Source of the DNA: Candidatus Latescibacterota bacterium
Lineage (GTDB): Bacteria; Latescibacterota; UBA2968; UBA8231
DNA length: 64,000 nucleotides
Reading direction: 5' to 3'
NCBI GenBank assembly: GCA_965203355.1
Contig: OZ241889.1
Location: forward strand, 3,968,001-4,032,000
Every line of letters starts with the position of its first letter. The first letter of the stretch is position 1. Both the position numbers and the translations under genes were made by a program. The notes beneath the pieces were generated by a model. The model was not told the DNA's origin and ran no database searches. It saw nothing but the letters and a program-made list of their open reading frames with translations. Of the stretch, positions 41,919 to 50,829 are shown one piece after another.

Positions 41919-43154
41919 CTGAGGCTGCTCAATGCAGTAGGGCGGCAGCACGTACACGCTATTGCCTAAGGGCCGCAACAGAAAACCCCGCGCCAAAAAT
42001 CGCTCCCTCAGCAGCGGCCCCACCTCGTGCAGGTATCCCTCCTCGCCCTCGACTATTACGTCCGCAGCCACAATCGTACCGCACACCCGCACTCGCTTGA
42101 GCCGCGGGTGATCGCGCAGGCGCACTGCTTCCTCGCGCTGCCAAACCGCCAGCCGGCGGAAAGGCTCACCCGCTAGCAGATCCAGCGAGGCCAACGCAGC
42201 CGCGCATCCTAAGGGATTGGCCGTGTAGGAGTGGCCGTGATAGAAAGCTTTAGAGGGGTCGTCGTGATAGAAGGCCGCGAACACCCGCTCGCTGCAAACA
42301 GTGACCGCCATGGGCAGGAAGCCGCCGGTCAGCCCCTTGGCCAAGCAGATGATGTCCGGTTTGGTCGCGGCTTTCTCACAGGCGAAAAGCGCTCCGGTGC
42401 GTCCAAATCCGGTCAGCACCTCGTCGTAGATGGCCAACACATCCCATTGGCGCAAAAGAGCCTGCACGGCCGCGAGAAAGTGCGGGCGGCACATCCGCAT
42501 ACCGCCGGCACCTTGCACTAGGGGCTCGAGTATCATGGCCGCGTACTGGCCGGGATGGCGCGTCAGCAACTCCTCCAGTCGCCCGAGGGCCTGCGCTTCT
42601 TTCGCCTCTACCTCCCCATCGCCTTCCCAAGTGGCCGGAAAGGACACGGCGTCGGTCGGAAAGAGTAAATCGGCAAAAGGCTGCGTAAAAAGCGAGCGTC
42701 CCCCGACCGACATCGCCCCGAGCGTGTCCCCGTGATAGGCTCCCTCAAAACGCAGAAAGCGCGTGCGATCTCGCGCGCCCTGATTGCGCCAAAACTGATA
42801 GGCCAGTTTGAGCGAGACTTCTACAGCCGTCGAGCCATCGTCCGAGTAGAAAACCCATGCCAGCGGCGCGGGCAAAGCCTCCACTAGCCGCCGGGCCAGC
42901 TCTTCGGCGGGGCGGTGAGTAAACCCGGCCGCTATCACCTGTTCTAATTCTTTGGCCTGCTCGGCTACCGCCGCGGCGATTTCCGGCTGGCCGTGGCCGT
43001 GCAAGGTCACCCACCAACTCGAAATACAGTCGAGGATTTGCCGCCCATCCTCCAGCACTAGCATCGCTCCGCGACCAGCCCGCACTTGCTGCACCGGCAG
43101 TGCGGCCTTCATCGGGGTAAAAGGCGACCACACGCGGGAAGTACGCTCAGCCAT
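41871..43154 (-). CDS. bioA: Adenosylmethionine-8-amino-7-oxononanoate transaminase
   Basis: WSPFT, SSWWVTLHGH, YHGDTLGAMS, DEVLTGFGRTG, AKGLTGG, HGHSYTANP. Confidence 0.96.
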   Translation of the reverse strand: MAERTSRVWSPFTPMKAALPVQQVRAGRGAMLVLEDGRQILDCISSWWVTLHGHGQPEIAAAVAEQAKELEQVIAAGFTHRPAEELARRLVEALPAPLAWVFYSDDGSTAVEVSLKLAYQFWRNQGARDRTRFLRFEGAYHGDTLGAMSVGGRSLFTQPFADLLFPTDAVSFPATWEGDGEVEAKEAQALGRLEELLTRHPGQYAAMILEPLVQGAGGMRMCRPHFLAAVQALLRQWDVLAIYDEVLTGFGRTGALFACEKAATKPDIICLAKGLTGGFLPMAVTVCSERVFAAFYHDDPSKAFYHGHSYTANPLGCAAALASLDLLAGEPFRRLAVWQREEAVRLRDHPRLKRVRVCGTIVAADVIVEGEEGYLHEVGPLLRERFLARGFLLRPLGNSVYVLPPYCIEQPQLAAIYDCFCELIDAL

Positions 43155-43770
43155 GGTGGCCAAAATAGCGGGCAAAAAGCACCCGGACCTTGGTGGGCGA
43201 CAGTTCTACCCGGCGATCGATTGCAGCCAGCACCGGCACCGCTCCGTAGTGGGCGATAGCTTGGCAGTTGGCTGAGTTGGGGGGGCCGTTGACCACCACG
43301 CCCAAGACCGGACAACCGCGGCGGCGCAATTGCTCCAGCGTCAATAGCGTGTGATTGATGGTGCCCAACTCGCTGCGCGCCACCACCAGCACCGGCAGCT
43401 TCAGACTGACCATCAGATCGATCATCAGATGCCGATCGTCGAGCGGCACCATGACCCCGCCCGCTCCTTCGACGATCAAGTGCTTCTGCTTGGGCAAAGC
43501 GAAGCGGCTCATCTCGATTTGCACCCCCTCGCGCCGGGCCGCTTCGTGCGGCGACAGCGGAGCGCGCAAGCGATAGGTCTCCGGCAGAATGCGCTCGGCC
43601 GGCAAGCCAGTGACGCGCCGCACCCAATCGGCGTCTGCATCGGCCCCGCTTTGCACCGGCTTCCAATAGGCAGCCTCCAGCCCCACAGTCAGCAGTGCGG
43701 CAACGTACGACTTGCCAACGCCCGTATCCGTACCGGTGACGAACAAACGCACGGGGAGTTCAGCCGCCAC
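43147..43770 (-). CDS. bioD: Dethiobiotin synthase
   Basis: FVTGTDTGVGKS, WKPVQSG, VEGAGG, LGTINHT. Confidence 0.96.
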   Translation of the reverse strand: MAAELPVRLFVTGTDTGVGKSYVAALLTVGLEAAYWKPVQSGADADADWVRRVTGLPAERILPETYRLRAPLSPHEAARREGVQIEMSRFALPKQKHLIVEGAGGVMVPLDDRHLMIDLMVSLKLPVLVVARSELGTINHTLLTLEQLRRRGCPVLGVVVNGPPNSANCQAIAHYGAVPVLAAIDRRVELSPTKVRVLFARYFGHHG

Positions 43771-44566
43771 CGCCCCCGGCTTTCTCTATGGATAAATAGT
43801 GAATAACGCATGTAACCTCCACGCCGTTGGGACAGTCGCGATCCCAGCCGCGCAAGAGTTGGCGCAACTGAGCTGGTCCCAGGGAACTCAGCCGCACCGA
43901 CGTGTGGGCTCCCGTGCCCTTGAAGTGGCGCAAAAAAGCGCGGGCGGTCGGAAAACGCCGGGCCATCACTTGCTCCCATTGGCGCACGGCAACCGGCGCG
44001 GCGGCGAATGCACGGGCGACCGCAGCTAAGTCGGGCAAGGCGTTGGCACTACAGGGGATGCCTTGCCGCGCACATTGACGGTGCCACTCGGCGTACGAAC
44101 CTGCCCCCGGATAGGAACAGATCAATCGCCCACCGGGTTTGAGCGCGGTCAGCAGCTTCTGTAACCCGGTGGGCAAATCGGCGAACCAGTGAACCACAAA
44201 GCTGGCGCAGATCAAGGCGTAGCGTCCCTCGCTTGCTAGCTGTTCCCCGTCCAAGACTCGATAGTGGAGGTCTGGATGGGAAACCTCAGTGGCCATTTTT
44301 TGCCGACAATGCGCGATCATGGCTGGCGCAAGGTCGGTCAGTTCCAAGCGTCGTTCGGGAAAGAGCACAGCCAAGGATGTACTCAAAAAGCCCGTGCCGC
44401 AACCAATTTCGAGCACCGGGCCTTCCACTAGGTTTTCGGCGCATTCGGCCGCACATTTAGCCAAAGTAGCGGCCCCGGCGCGCTGCTCCTCGGCATGGCA
44501 ATCGTACGTCGGGGCACTGCGGGAGAAACTTTCGCTGACGCGCGCTTTGAAATTCCCTTCCATCAT
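43760..44566 (-). CDS. bioC: Malonyl-ACP O-methyltransferase
   Basis: FSRSAPTYD, LEIGCGTG, LKPGG; position in the bio cluster, ATGA overlap with the upstream gene. Confidence 0.88.
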   Translation of the reverse strand: MMEGNFKARVSESFSRSAPTYDCHAEEQRAGAATLAKCAAECAENLVEGPVLEIGCGTGFLSTSLAVLFPERRLELTDLAPAMIAHCRQKMATEVSHPDLHYRVLDGEQLASEGRYALICASFVVHWFADLPTGLQKLLTALKPGGRLICSYPGAGSYAEWHRQCARQGIPCSANALPDLAAVARAFAAAPVAVRQWEQVMARRFPTARAFLRHFKGTGAHTSVRLSSLGPAQLRQLLRGWDRDCPNGVEVTCVIHYLSIEKAGGGGG

Positions 44567-45222
44567 ACAGGCTGCATTCCGCGCCAAGCCCATTCAACGC
44601 GCTCCCAACACGCGCGGACATGGGTCAGGGGCAGCGCATGGCCTGCCTCCGCGACGATGGCGAGCACGCTGTTCGGCAACAACTCGCGCAGTTCCTCGGC
44701 CCGCTCCACAGGCACCACGCGGTCGCGACTGCCGTGCAAGATGAGCACCTGTGCGGCGGCTGGCATCGCGCTTAGTGCTAGCACGCTCTCCTGCAATAGC
44801 TGCAAATCGCGGCGCAAGCCATCGGCGTTGGCGATCTCGGGCCAGTTTCTGTCCGGCACCGCGCCACAACGGGCGTAAAAATCGGCCAACAAGGCCGCGG
44901 GCTCGCGCCCCAAGCGCACCAGCATCTGCTCTACCGTGCGGCGCGAGTGCCAAGCCTGACGAGCACGGGAGGAGTGAAAACTGCGAAAGCCGCTGATAAC
45001 CACGATCAACTCCGCTGCCCATAGCTGAGGCGACAACAGATGCAAGCCGAAAGAGTGCGCCAAGACGATGCGCGGCCGAGCCGCAACCGCCACGGCTGGG
45101 CCGAAGTACCCTCGGTCCGGGCAGTGCAGCGCAAAGCTAGCGGGCAAAACATCCCGCCAGCGATCCCAGCACCAAGCACCAAAGCCCCACCCGTGCTGAG
45201 CGACCACGTCAACGGCGGCCAT
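44563..45222 (-). CDS. Pimeloyl-ACP methyl ester esterase (BioH/BioK-like alpha/beta hydrolase)
   Basis: QHGWG, DRGYFG, nucleophile AHSFG, HGSRDRVVP, AGHALP; between bioF and bioC. Confidence 0.8.
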   Translation of the reverse strand: MAAVDVVAQHGWGFGAWCWDRWRDVLPASFALHCPDRGYFGPAVAVAARPRIVLAHSFGLHLLSPQLWAAELIVVISGFRSFHSSRARQAWHSRRTVEQMLVRLGREPAALLADFYARCGAVPDRNWPEIANADGLRRDLQLLQESVLALSAMPAAAQVLILHGSRDRVVPVERAEELRELLPNSVLAIVAEAGHALPLTHVRACWERVEWAWRGMQPV

Positions 45223-46375
45223 CGCGCCACTTCTGTAGCAGTTCCACCAGCACATCGAGGTCGCTCCGCTGATGCAGGGCACTGAGCGTCAAGCGAATCC
45301 GCGCCCGCCCCGGCTCAACCGTGGGAGGGCGTATGGCCACCGCTAGGACGCCGTTTTCTTCTAGATAGGCGTTCAGAGCCAGCGCATCGCCCTCCGCACC
45401 CACCATTAGCGGCACGATCTGCGCGGTCGCCGCACCCGTGTCCCAGCCTTGTGCTTTGAGTGCGCCGCGCAAATAGTCGGCATGGGCGAGCAATGTTCGG
45501 CGCGCGGCCTCCATTTGCGGTACCAACTCTAGCGCCGCATCCACTGCACCCAAGACGGCCGGCGGCAGCGCGGTCGTATAGATGAATCCCGGGCAACAGT
45601 TGACCAAGTACTCCCACAGCTTCTCGCCGCAGGCCACGTACGCCCCAAAAGACCCGAGTGCCTTGCCGAACGTACCCACGCATACGTCCACATCCTTGCC
45701 GCACGTCAGCCCCATCCCCTGCTGGCCCAAAACGCCCGTGGCGTGCGCTTCGTCGATGACCAGCAAGGCATCGAATTCCCCAGCCAACTCGACGAGCGCG
45801 TCAAGGTCGCTTATATCGCCGTCCATGCTAAACAGCGATTCGGTGACAATCACCCGGCGCGAGTGGTCCGCCCCGGCGCTTTCCGCCAGCAGGGCGCGCA
45901 GGTGATCCAAGTCGCCGTGGCGGTAGCGCCGCAGCCGACAGCGCCCCAAGACCGCCCCTTGCACCAAGCTGTTGTGACAGAGCCGGTCGAGCAGGACGAG
46001 TGCTCGCCGATCAACCAGCGTCGGTAGCAGTGAAACATTGGCCTGATAGCCAGAATTGAACACCAACGCCCGCTCGGTCTGCTTGAGCTTTGCCAAGGTC
46101 TGCTCCACCTCGGCAAAGCCCGGCCGGGAGCCACAAATCAAGCGCGCGGCCGTAGCACCGGCCCCGTAGCACTCGACGAACTCAATGGCCCGCGTCTGTA
46201 AAAGCGGGTGCGACGCCAAGCCGAGATAGTCGTTGGAACTAAAATTGACCAACTCGCGGCCTTGTGTGCGAACGCACGTACCGCCGCACGGCTCCCAAGT
46301 CCGCAACGACCGCATCTGCCCGGCCTGTTGCCGCCGCGCCAATTCAGCGTGAATAAAATCGAATTTCGCCTGCAT
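45209..46375 (-). CDS. bioF: 8-amino-7-oxononanoate synthase
   Basis: NFSSNDYLGLA, SGYQAN, FSMDGD, DEAHA, GTFGKALG, AIRPPTV. Confidence 0.96.
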   Translation of the reverse strand: MQAKFDFIHAELARRQQAGQMRSLRTWEPCGGTCVRTQGRELVNFSSNDYLGLASHPLLQTRAIEFVECYGAGATAARLICGSRPGFAEVEQTLAKLKQTERALVFNSGYQANVSLLPTLVDRRALVLLDRLCHNSLVQGAVLGRCRLRRYRHGDLDHLRALLAESAGADHSRRVIVTESLFSMDGDISDLDALVELAGEFDALLVIDEAHATGVLGQQGMGLTCGKDVDVCVGTFGKALGSFGAYVACGEKLWEYLVNCCPGFIYTTALPPAVLGAVDAALELVPQMEAARRTLLAHADYLRGALKAQGWDTGAATAQIVPLMVGAEGDALALNAYLEENGVLAVAIRPPTVEPGRARIRLTLSALHQRSDLDVLVELLQKWRDGRR

Positions 46376-46424
46376 AAAGGTGAAGCTGTGCCAAAGGGTC
46401 CGTCCCAGCAAGCCGCCTCCGGGC

Positions 46425-46453
46425 TTGCCGCGCAAGGTGCGCCGCTCTATACT
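46425..46453 (+). promoter_or_regulatory. Sigma70-type promoter upstream of panB
   Basis: TTGCCG-17 nt-TATACT, 29 nt before the ATG. Confidence 0.55.
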
Positions 46454-46482
46454 ATCGCCGGTGAACTTGCTCCGCGGCTGCC

Positions 46483-47379
46483 ATGGCGACGACGACCCAT
46501 AAAATTACCGTTTCTTCGCTCCAGTCCAAAAAGGAACGCGGCCAGAAAATCTGCATGTTGACGGCCTACGACTATCCCACGGCCGCGCTGCAAGACGAAG
46601 CGGGCCTCGACGTGATCTTGGTCGGCGATTCCGTGGGCACCAACGTCTTGGGCTATCGCGGCCCACAGCAGGTGACTATGGAAGACATCCTCCACCACCT
46701 GCGGGCCGTGCGCCGGGCCGTGCGCCGGGCCTTTCTCCTCGCCGATCTACCCTTCATGTCCTTTCAGCCGTCGGTCGAGACCGCGGTCAAAAACGCCGGG
46801 CGCTTGGTGCAGGAGGGCGGAGCCGAAGGCGTCAAATTGGAAGGCGGCTTGCCGGTCTTGCCGCAGCTAAAAGCCATCGTCAATGCCGGCATTCCGGTCG
46901 TCGGCCACCTTGGCTTTACCCCGCAGTCCCAAGCCAGCGAATTCTACCTGTTCAGCGACCGGCGCGGCACTGTGCCCAAGTTCCACGGCAAAGGACCGAA
47001 GGGAGCCAAGGCCCTGGTCGATCAAGCCCAGCGCATGGAGGACGCCGGCGTCTTCGCCTTGGTCTTGGAGATGGTTACAGAAGAGGCCGCCCGCGCCATA
47101 GCCGAGCGGCTCAAAATCCCGGTCATCGGCATTGGCGCTGGCCGCTATTGCGACGGCCAAGTGCTGATCGTCCACGACCTCGTCGGCCTCAACGAAGAAG
47201 ACCTAATTTTGACCAAAGCCTACGGCCAAACGCGCCAAGCTTGGCTCGAAATGTTCAGATCGTACAGCCGAGAAGTAGCCGCCGGCCGCTTTCCCACGGC
47301 CGAAAATACAGCGCACATGGCCCCGGAAAAACGCGCCCAACTAGCCCAACTACTCAGCGATAACAGACCAGATCGCTAA
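46483..47379 (+). CDS. panB: 3-methyl-2-oxobutanoate hydroxymethyltransferase
   Basis: MLTAYDY, ILVGDS, VKLEGG, GHLGFTPQ, IGIGAG..DGQVL. Confidence 0.96.
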   Translation: MATTTHKITVSSLQSKKERGQKICMLTAYDYPTAALQDEAGLDVILVGDSVGTNVLGYRGPQQVTMEDILHHLRAVRRAVRRAFLLADLPFMSFQPSVETAVKNAGRLVQEGGAEGVKLEGGLPVLPQLKAIVNAGIPVVGHLGFTPQSQASEFYLFSDRRGTVPKFHGKGPKGAKALVDQAQRMEDAGVFALVLEMVTEEAARAIAERLKIPVIGIGAGRYCDGQVLIVHDLVGLNEEDLILTKAYGQTRQAWLEMFRSYSREVAAGRFPTAENTAHMAPEKRAQLAQLLSDNRPDR

Positions 47380-47400
47380 TCCTTCGAGAGGAAACTTTCT

Positions 47401-48906
47401 ATGCGCTTACTCTACACTGCTGCCCTGATCATGTGGACGACGGTCCCCTCGCTAGCCCAAGACGCCGGACAAGGTTGGATTCAAGCGCTAGATAGCCTCT
47501 TTGGCGATACTGTGGCCCTGATGGAAGACGTGCTCTTCGCCGATCTAGGCACCCAGATACCACTCATCATCTGGGTGCTGGTCTTGGGCGGCATCTACTA
47601 TTCCTTCTACTTCGGCTGGATCAACCTGCGCGGGTTCCGCCACTCCATCGACGTCATAAGGGGCCGCTACGACAATCCCGACGATCCAGGCGAGATCTCC
47701 CATTTCCAAGCGTTGACCAGCGCCCTATCAGCTACCATCGGCTTGGGCAACATAGCTGGCGTGGCCATTGCCCTGAGCTTGGGCGGCCCCGGCGCGATCT
47801 TCTGGATGCTCCTCACCGCCCTGTTCGGCATGTCATCCAAGCTCGCCTCCTGCACCTTGGCCATCATGTACCGCAAAATTCACCCCGATGGCCGGATATC
47901 GGGCGGCCCCATGTATTACTTAGAACACGGACTGAGTGCCAAAGGGCTGCGGCCATTGGGCCGCACCCTCGCCGTTGTGTTTGCTTTCTTGACTATCGGC
48001 GGCTCCCTCGGCGGCGGCAACATGTTCCAGTCCAATCAGACGGTCGAGATACTCAGCACTATAGCCCCGGCTGTCGGCGAATACAATTGGCTCATTGGCC
48101 TGCTCTTCGCCTCATGCGTCTCTATAGTCATCATCGGCGGCATCAAGCGGATCGGAAGCGTCACGTCGCGGATCGTCCCCTCCATGTGCGTACTGTACGT
48201 GTCCGTCTCGCTGCTCATCATCCTGTCGAACATCGCCCAAGTGCCCGCCATGATTGCGACCATTTTCCGCGAGGCATTCTCGCCGCAAGCCATATACGGA
48301 GGTTTTTTGGCCGTCCTAGTCATGGGCGTCAAACGCGCCGCTTTCTCCAACGAGGCCGGCCTCGGCTCGGCGGCCTTTGCCCACTCAGCGGCCCGCACCA
48401 ACGAGGCCGCCCGCGAGGGCATGGTCGCCATGATCGGCCCTTTCATCGACACGATTGTCATCTGCTTGATGACCGCTTTGGTCTGCATGATAACCGGCGT
48501 TTACGCCGATCCGCAGTTCCAAGCCCACGAGGGCTTCATCGCCGGAGCCAAAATGACCGCGGCCGCCTTTGATTCCTTCATTCCCGGCGCCCGCTACGTC
48601 CTCGCCATTGGCGTCATGCTCTTCGCCTACTCGACCATGATATCGTGGTCGTACTACGGAGAACGGGCGTGGGAATACCTCTTTGGCAACCGATCCATTC
48701 TCGTGTACCGCATCATTTTCGTATTCTTCGTGTTTTTAGGGGCGATTACCGCGCTCGACAACGTGCTCTCCTTTTCCGACATGATGATTCTCGGCATGGC
48801 CTTCCCCAACATCATCGGCGGCGTCATTCTCAGCCCGCAGATCAAGGCGTGCCTGCAAGAGTACTGGGGCCGGTTAAAAAGCGGCCAGATGCGGCGTTAC
48901 AAGTAG
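47401..48906 (+). CDS. Alanine/glycine:cation symporter (AGCS family)
   Basis: FQALTSALSATIGLGNIAGVA, GGPGAIFWM, GGPMYY, RAAFSNEAGLGSA, FIDTIVIC. Confidence 0.93.
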   Translation: MRLLYTAALIMWTTVPSLAQDAGQGWIQALDSLFGDTVALMEDVLFADLGTQIPLIIWVLVLGGIYYSFYFGWINLRGFRHSIDVIRGRYDNPDDPGEISHFQALTSALSATIGLGNIAGVAIALSLGGPGAIFWMLLTALFGMSSKLASCTLAIMYRKIHPDGRISGGPMYYLEHGLSAKGLRPLGRTLAVVFAFLTIGGSLGGGNMFQSNQTVEILSTIAPAVGEYNWLIGLLFASCVSIVIIGGIKRIGSVTSRIVPSMCVLYVSVSLLIILSNIAQVPAMIATIFREAFSPQAIYGGFLAVLVMGVKRAAFSNEAGLGSAAFAHSAARTNEAAREGMVAMIGPFIDTIVICLMTALVCMITGVYADPQFQAHEGFIAGAKMTAAAFDSFIPGARYVLAIGVMLFAYSTMISWSYYGERAWEYLFGNRSILVYRIIFVFFVFLGAITALDNVLSFSDMMILGMAFPNIIGGVILSPQIKACLQEYWGRLKSGQMRRYK

Positions 48907-48909
48907 AGC

Positions 48910-50673
48910 TCAGGGAGCGTCTCCACCTTCCAACCACTCGCGGTCTGCGGCCAAGTAAATCTCCTCGACCTCCAAGTCGGCAAAGGCCGCAGACCAGCGC
49001 TGCCAACTCACCCGTTCCTCCTGCGCCTGCACCCGCAACCGCACCACGAAGGCAAAGCGATTGAGCGCGAACGTCAGCGTGGTGACCTTGCCGCCCCTCA
49101 GATCGACCTCTACCTGCTGAGTCTGTCCGCCATAACTCAACTCGACCCAATGCTTGCCAGCCGGCAGATTGTGGAAAAGCAGCCCCTGATAGCCGCGCTT
49201 GAGCAATTCGAGCGAGTAACGACCATCCAAGCGCACCGCGACATCCTCTGTGATCTCGCTGCCGATGGGCGCCAATACCAAAGCCAGCCAAGCGTCGAGA
49301 TCGTCGAATAGCAACTCGTCGGCCGTGGCGGTGGCAAGGGCTAGCGGTGCCTCTTGTACCATGGCCACGGGCCTTTGTTCCGGCATCCAAGCGGGCGGCG
49401 GCAGTTGGGGCGTGATGCTGCTTTTGCGCGTCAGCGCATACACCAAGATATTGGTCCCCGCCATCAGCGCGTAGGTCGCCGGCGGCGTTTCTCCTTCTTC
49501 CGTGTTGAAGCTGGCCTGCCAATAATTCCCCAACCATAAGTCGCTGATCACGGCGACCAACTCGCCATCGAGTTCGACGCCCCACAACCCCTCTGGCGGT
49601 GGCAAGACCGTGCCTAGATCGCTGGCTCGGGCGATCTCCTGTTCTTCCTGCAAGGCCAAAATCTCATAGCGATTGTTGACTGGATAATGCCAAGAGGGAT
49701 TGTCTCCGGCGTCCTCAATGCGCGATTTATCCTCGCCGGGAAAGCCGCCGCCGAACTCGTAAAAGGAATGATATATCGGATGCGAGGTCGGCAGGGGTCC
49801 CAAGCGCGCCTCAGGCCCCAAAATTTCGCGCAGTTGGTCCTTCATTTCGCGCAAATAGCGGTTGGTCCGGCGGCTGGTGCCCTCGATAAACAGGAATCCA
49901 CCCTCGCGTAGATAGCGGCCCAAAAGTGCCTTCTCCTCCGCATTAAACTTGGTCAGGATGTTCGGGTCGTACGCAGACAAGGAGTCCTCAAAGAGGAAGT
50001 GGATGGGATCCTTGAGCAGTTGCTCGGACAAGAAGTACTCGTAGGTCTCGTCCCGCACCCGCGCCAACAGGTGAGTGTGGTCGCGCAAGTAGCGGCTCAG
50101 GGCGTCGAGCACGCCCCGCCCCGAACCAGCCCCATAGACGTGCAACTGGGTGAAGTTCACGTAGCCAGACAAGTCGCGTCGCGTCGCCCGACTGGGGATG
50201 ATAGCGGCGTGATCCTTGTTCGCCCGAGCCATATCCTCTATCCGCAACAGATCCATCGCGGCAACGCCCATGCTATCCGCCAAACCCAACGACGAGGGCG
50301 AGATCAGCTTTTCGCGCTCCAAAATCGGCGCATCTTCCTTCGCGCCCGCGGCCAGCTCGCGCAACGCCAAAGGGGCTGTAGGGGACTCTATCTCGGGCGG
50401 AGTCATCTCGCTTTCTAGGCTGGGGTCGCGGACGGCCACGGCTGGCCGGTCGGCTCGCAGATACTCCATCTCCACTTTCAACGCCTCAAAGTCCAAGCGG
50501 GGCAAGGGCGTCGGGCGGGGGGGCTTAAACTGCGGCGGGATGCGGGCAAGGCGCACGCGGAAGGCTTCCGCGTCCAACTCTTCGCGCCACAGATGATCGC
50601 CTAGATAAAGCGCGGTGAGATGTAGCAGCAGCGATGCCAGCAAACAAATATAGGCGGTTCGGTGCCTGCGCAC
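48910..50673 (-). CDS. DUF4159-domain membrane-anchored protein
   Basis: N-terminal TM with SxxxH, Pro-rich linker, EKALLGRYLREGGFLFI, LPTSHPIYHSFYEF, GTNILVYALT, C-terminal beta-rich domain. Confidence 0.7.
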   Translation of the reverse strand: MRRHRTAYICLLASLLLHLTALYLGDHLWREELDAEAFRVRLARIPPQFKPPRPTPLPRLDFEALKVEMEYLRADRPAVAVRDPSLESEMTPPEIESPTAPLALRELAAGAKEDAPILEREKLISPSSLGLADSMGVAAMDLLRIEDMARANKDHAAIIPSRATRRDLSGYVNFTQLHVYGAGSGRGVLDALSRYLRDHTHLLARVRDETYEYFLSEQLLKDPIHFLFEDSLSAYDPNILTKFNAEEKALLGRYLREGGFLFIEGTSRRTNRYLREMKDQLREILGPEARLGPLPTSHPIYHSFYEFGGGFPGEDKSRIEDAGDNPSWHYPVNNRYEILALQEEQEIARASDLGTVLPPPEGLWGVELDGELVAVISDLWLGNYWQASFNTEEGETPPATYALMAGTNILVYALTRKSSITPQLPPPAWMPEQRPVAMVQEAPLALATATADELLFDDLDAWLALVLAPIGSEITEDVAVRLDGRYSLELLKRGYQGLLFHNLPAGKHWVELSYGGQTQQVEVDLRGGKVTTLTFALNRFAFVVRLRVQAQEERVSWQRWSAAFADLEVEEIYLAADREWLEGGDAP

Positions 50674-50756
50674 GGAGCGTCTCTCTTTCTGCGTCGCCCA
50701 TCAGCGTGTGCGAGTGGTAGTATCTATAAATATAAATGATTGTAACAAAACGGTTT

Positions 50757-50785
50757 TTGCCAAGAAAACACGTGCTTGTTATCTT
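50757..50785 (+). promoter_or_regulatory. Extended -10 promoter upstream of aceE
   Basis: TTGCCA-17 nt (ending TGT)-TATCTT with an AT-rich upstream tract. Confidence 0.55.
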
Positions 50786-50829
50786 TTTCAGCCGACTAAA
50801 ACGGCCTACGCAAAGGAATTATTTCAGCC

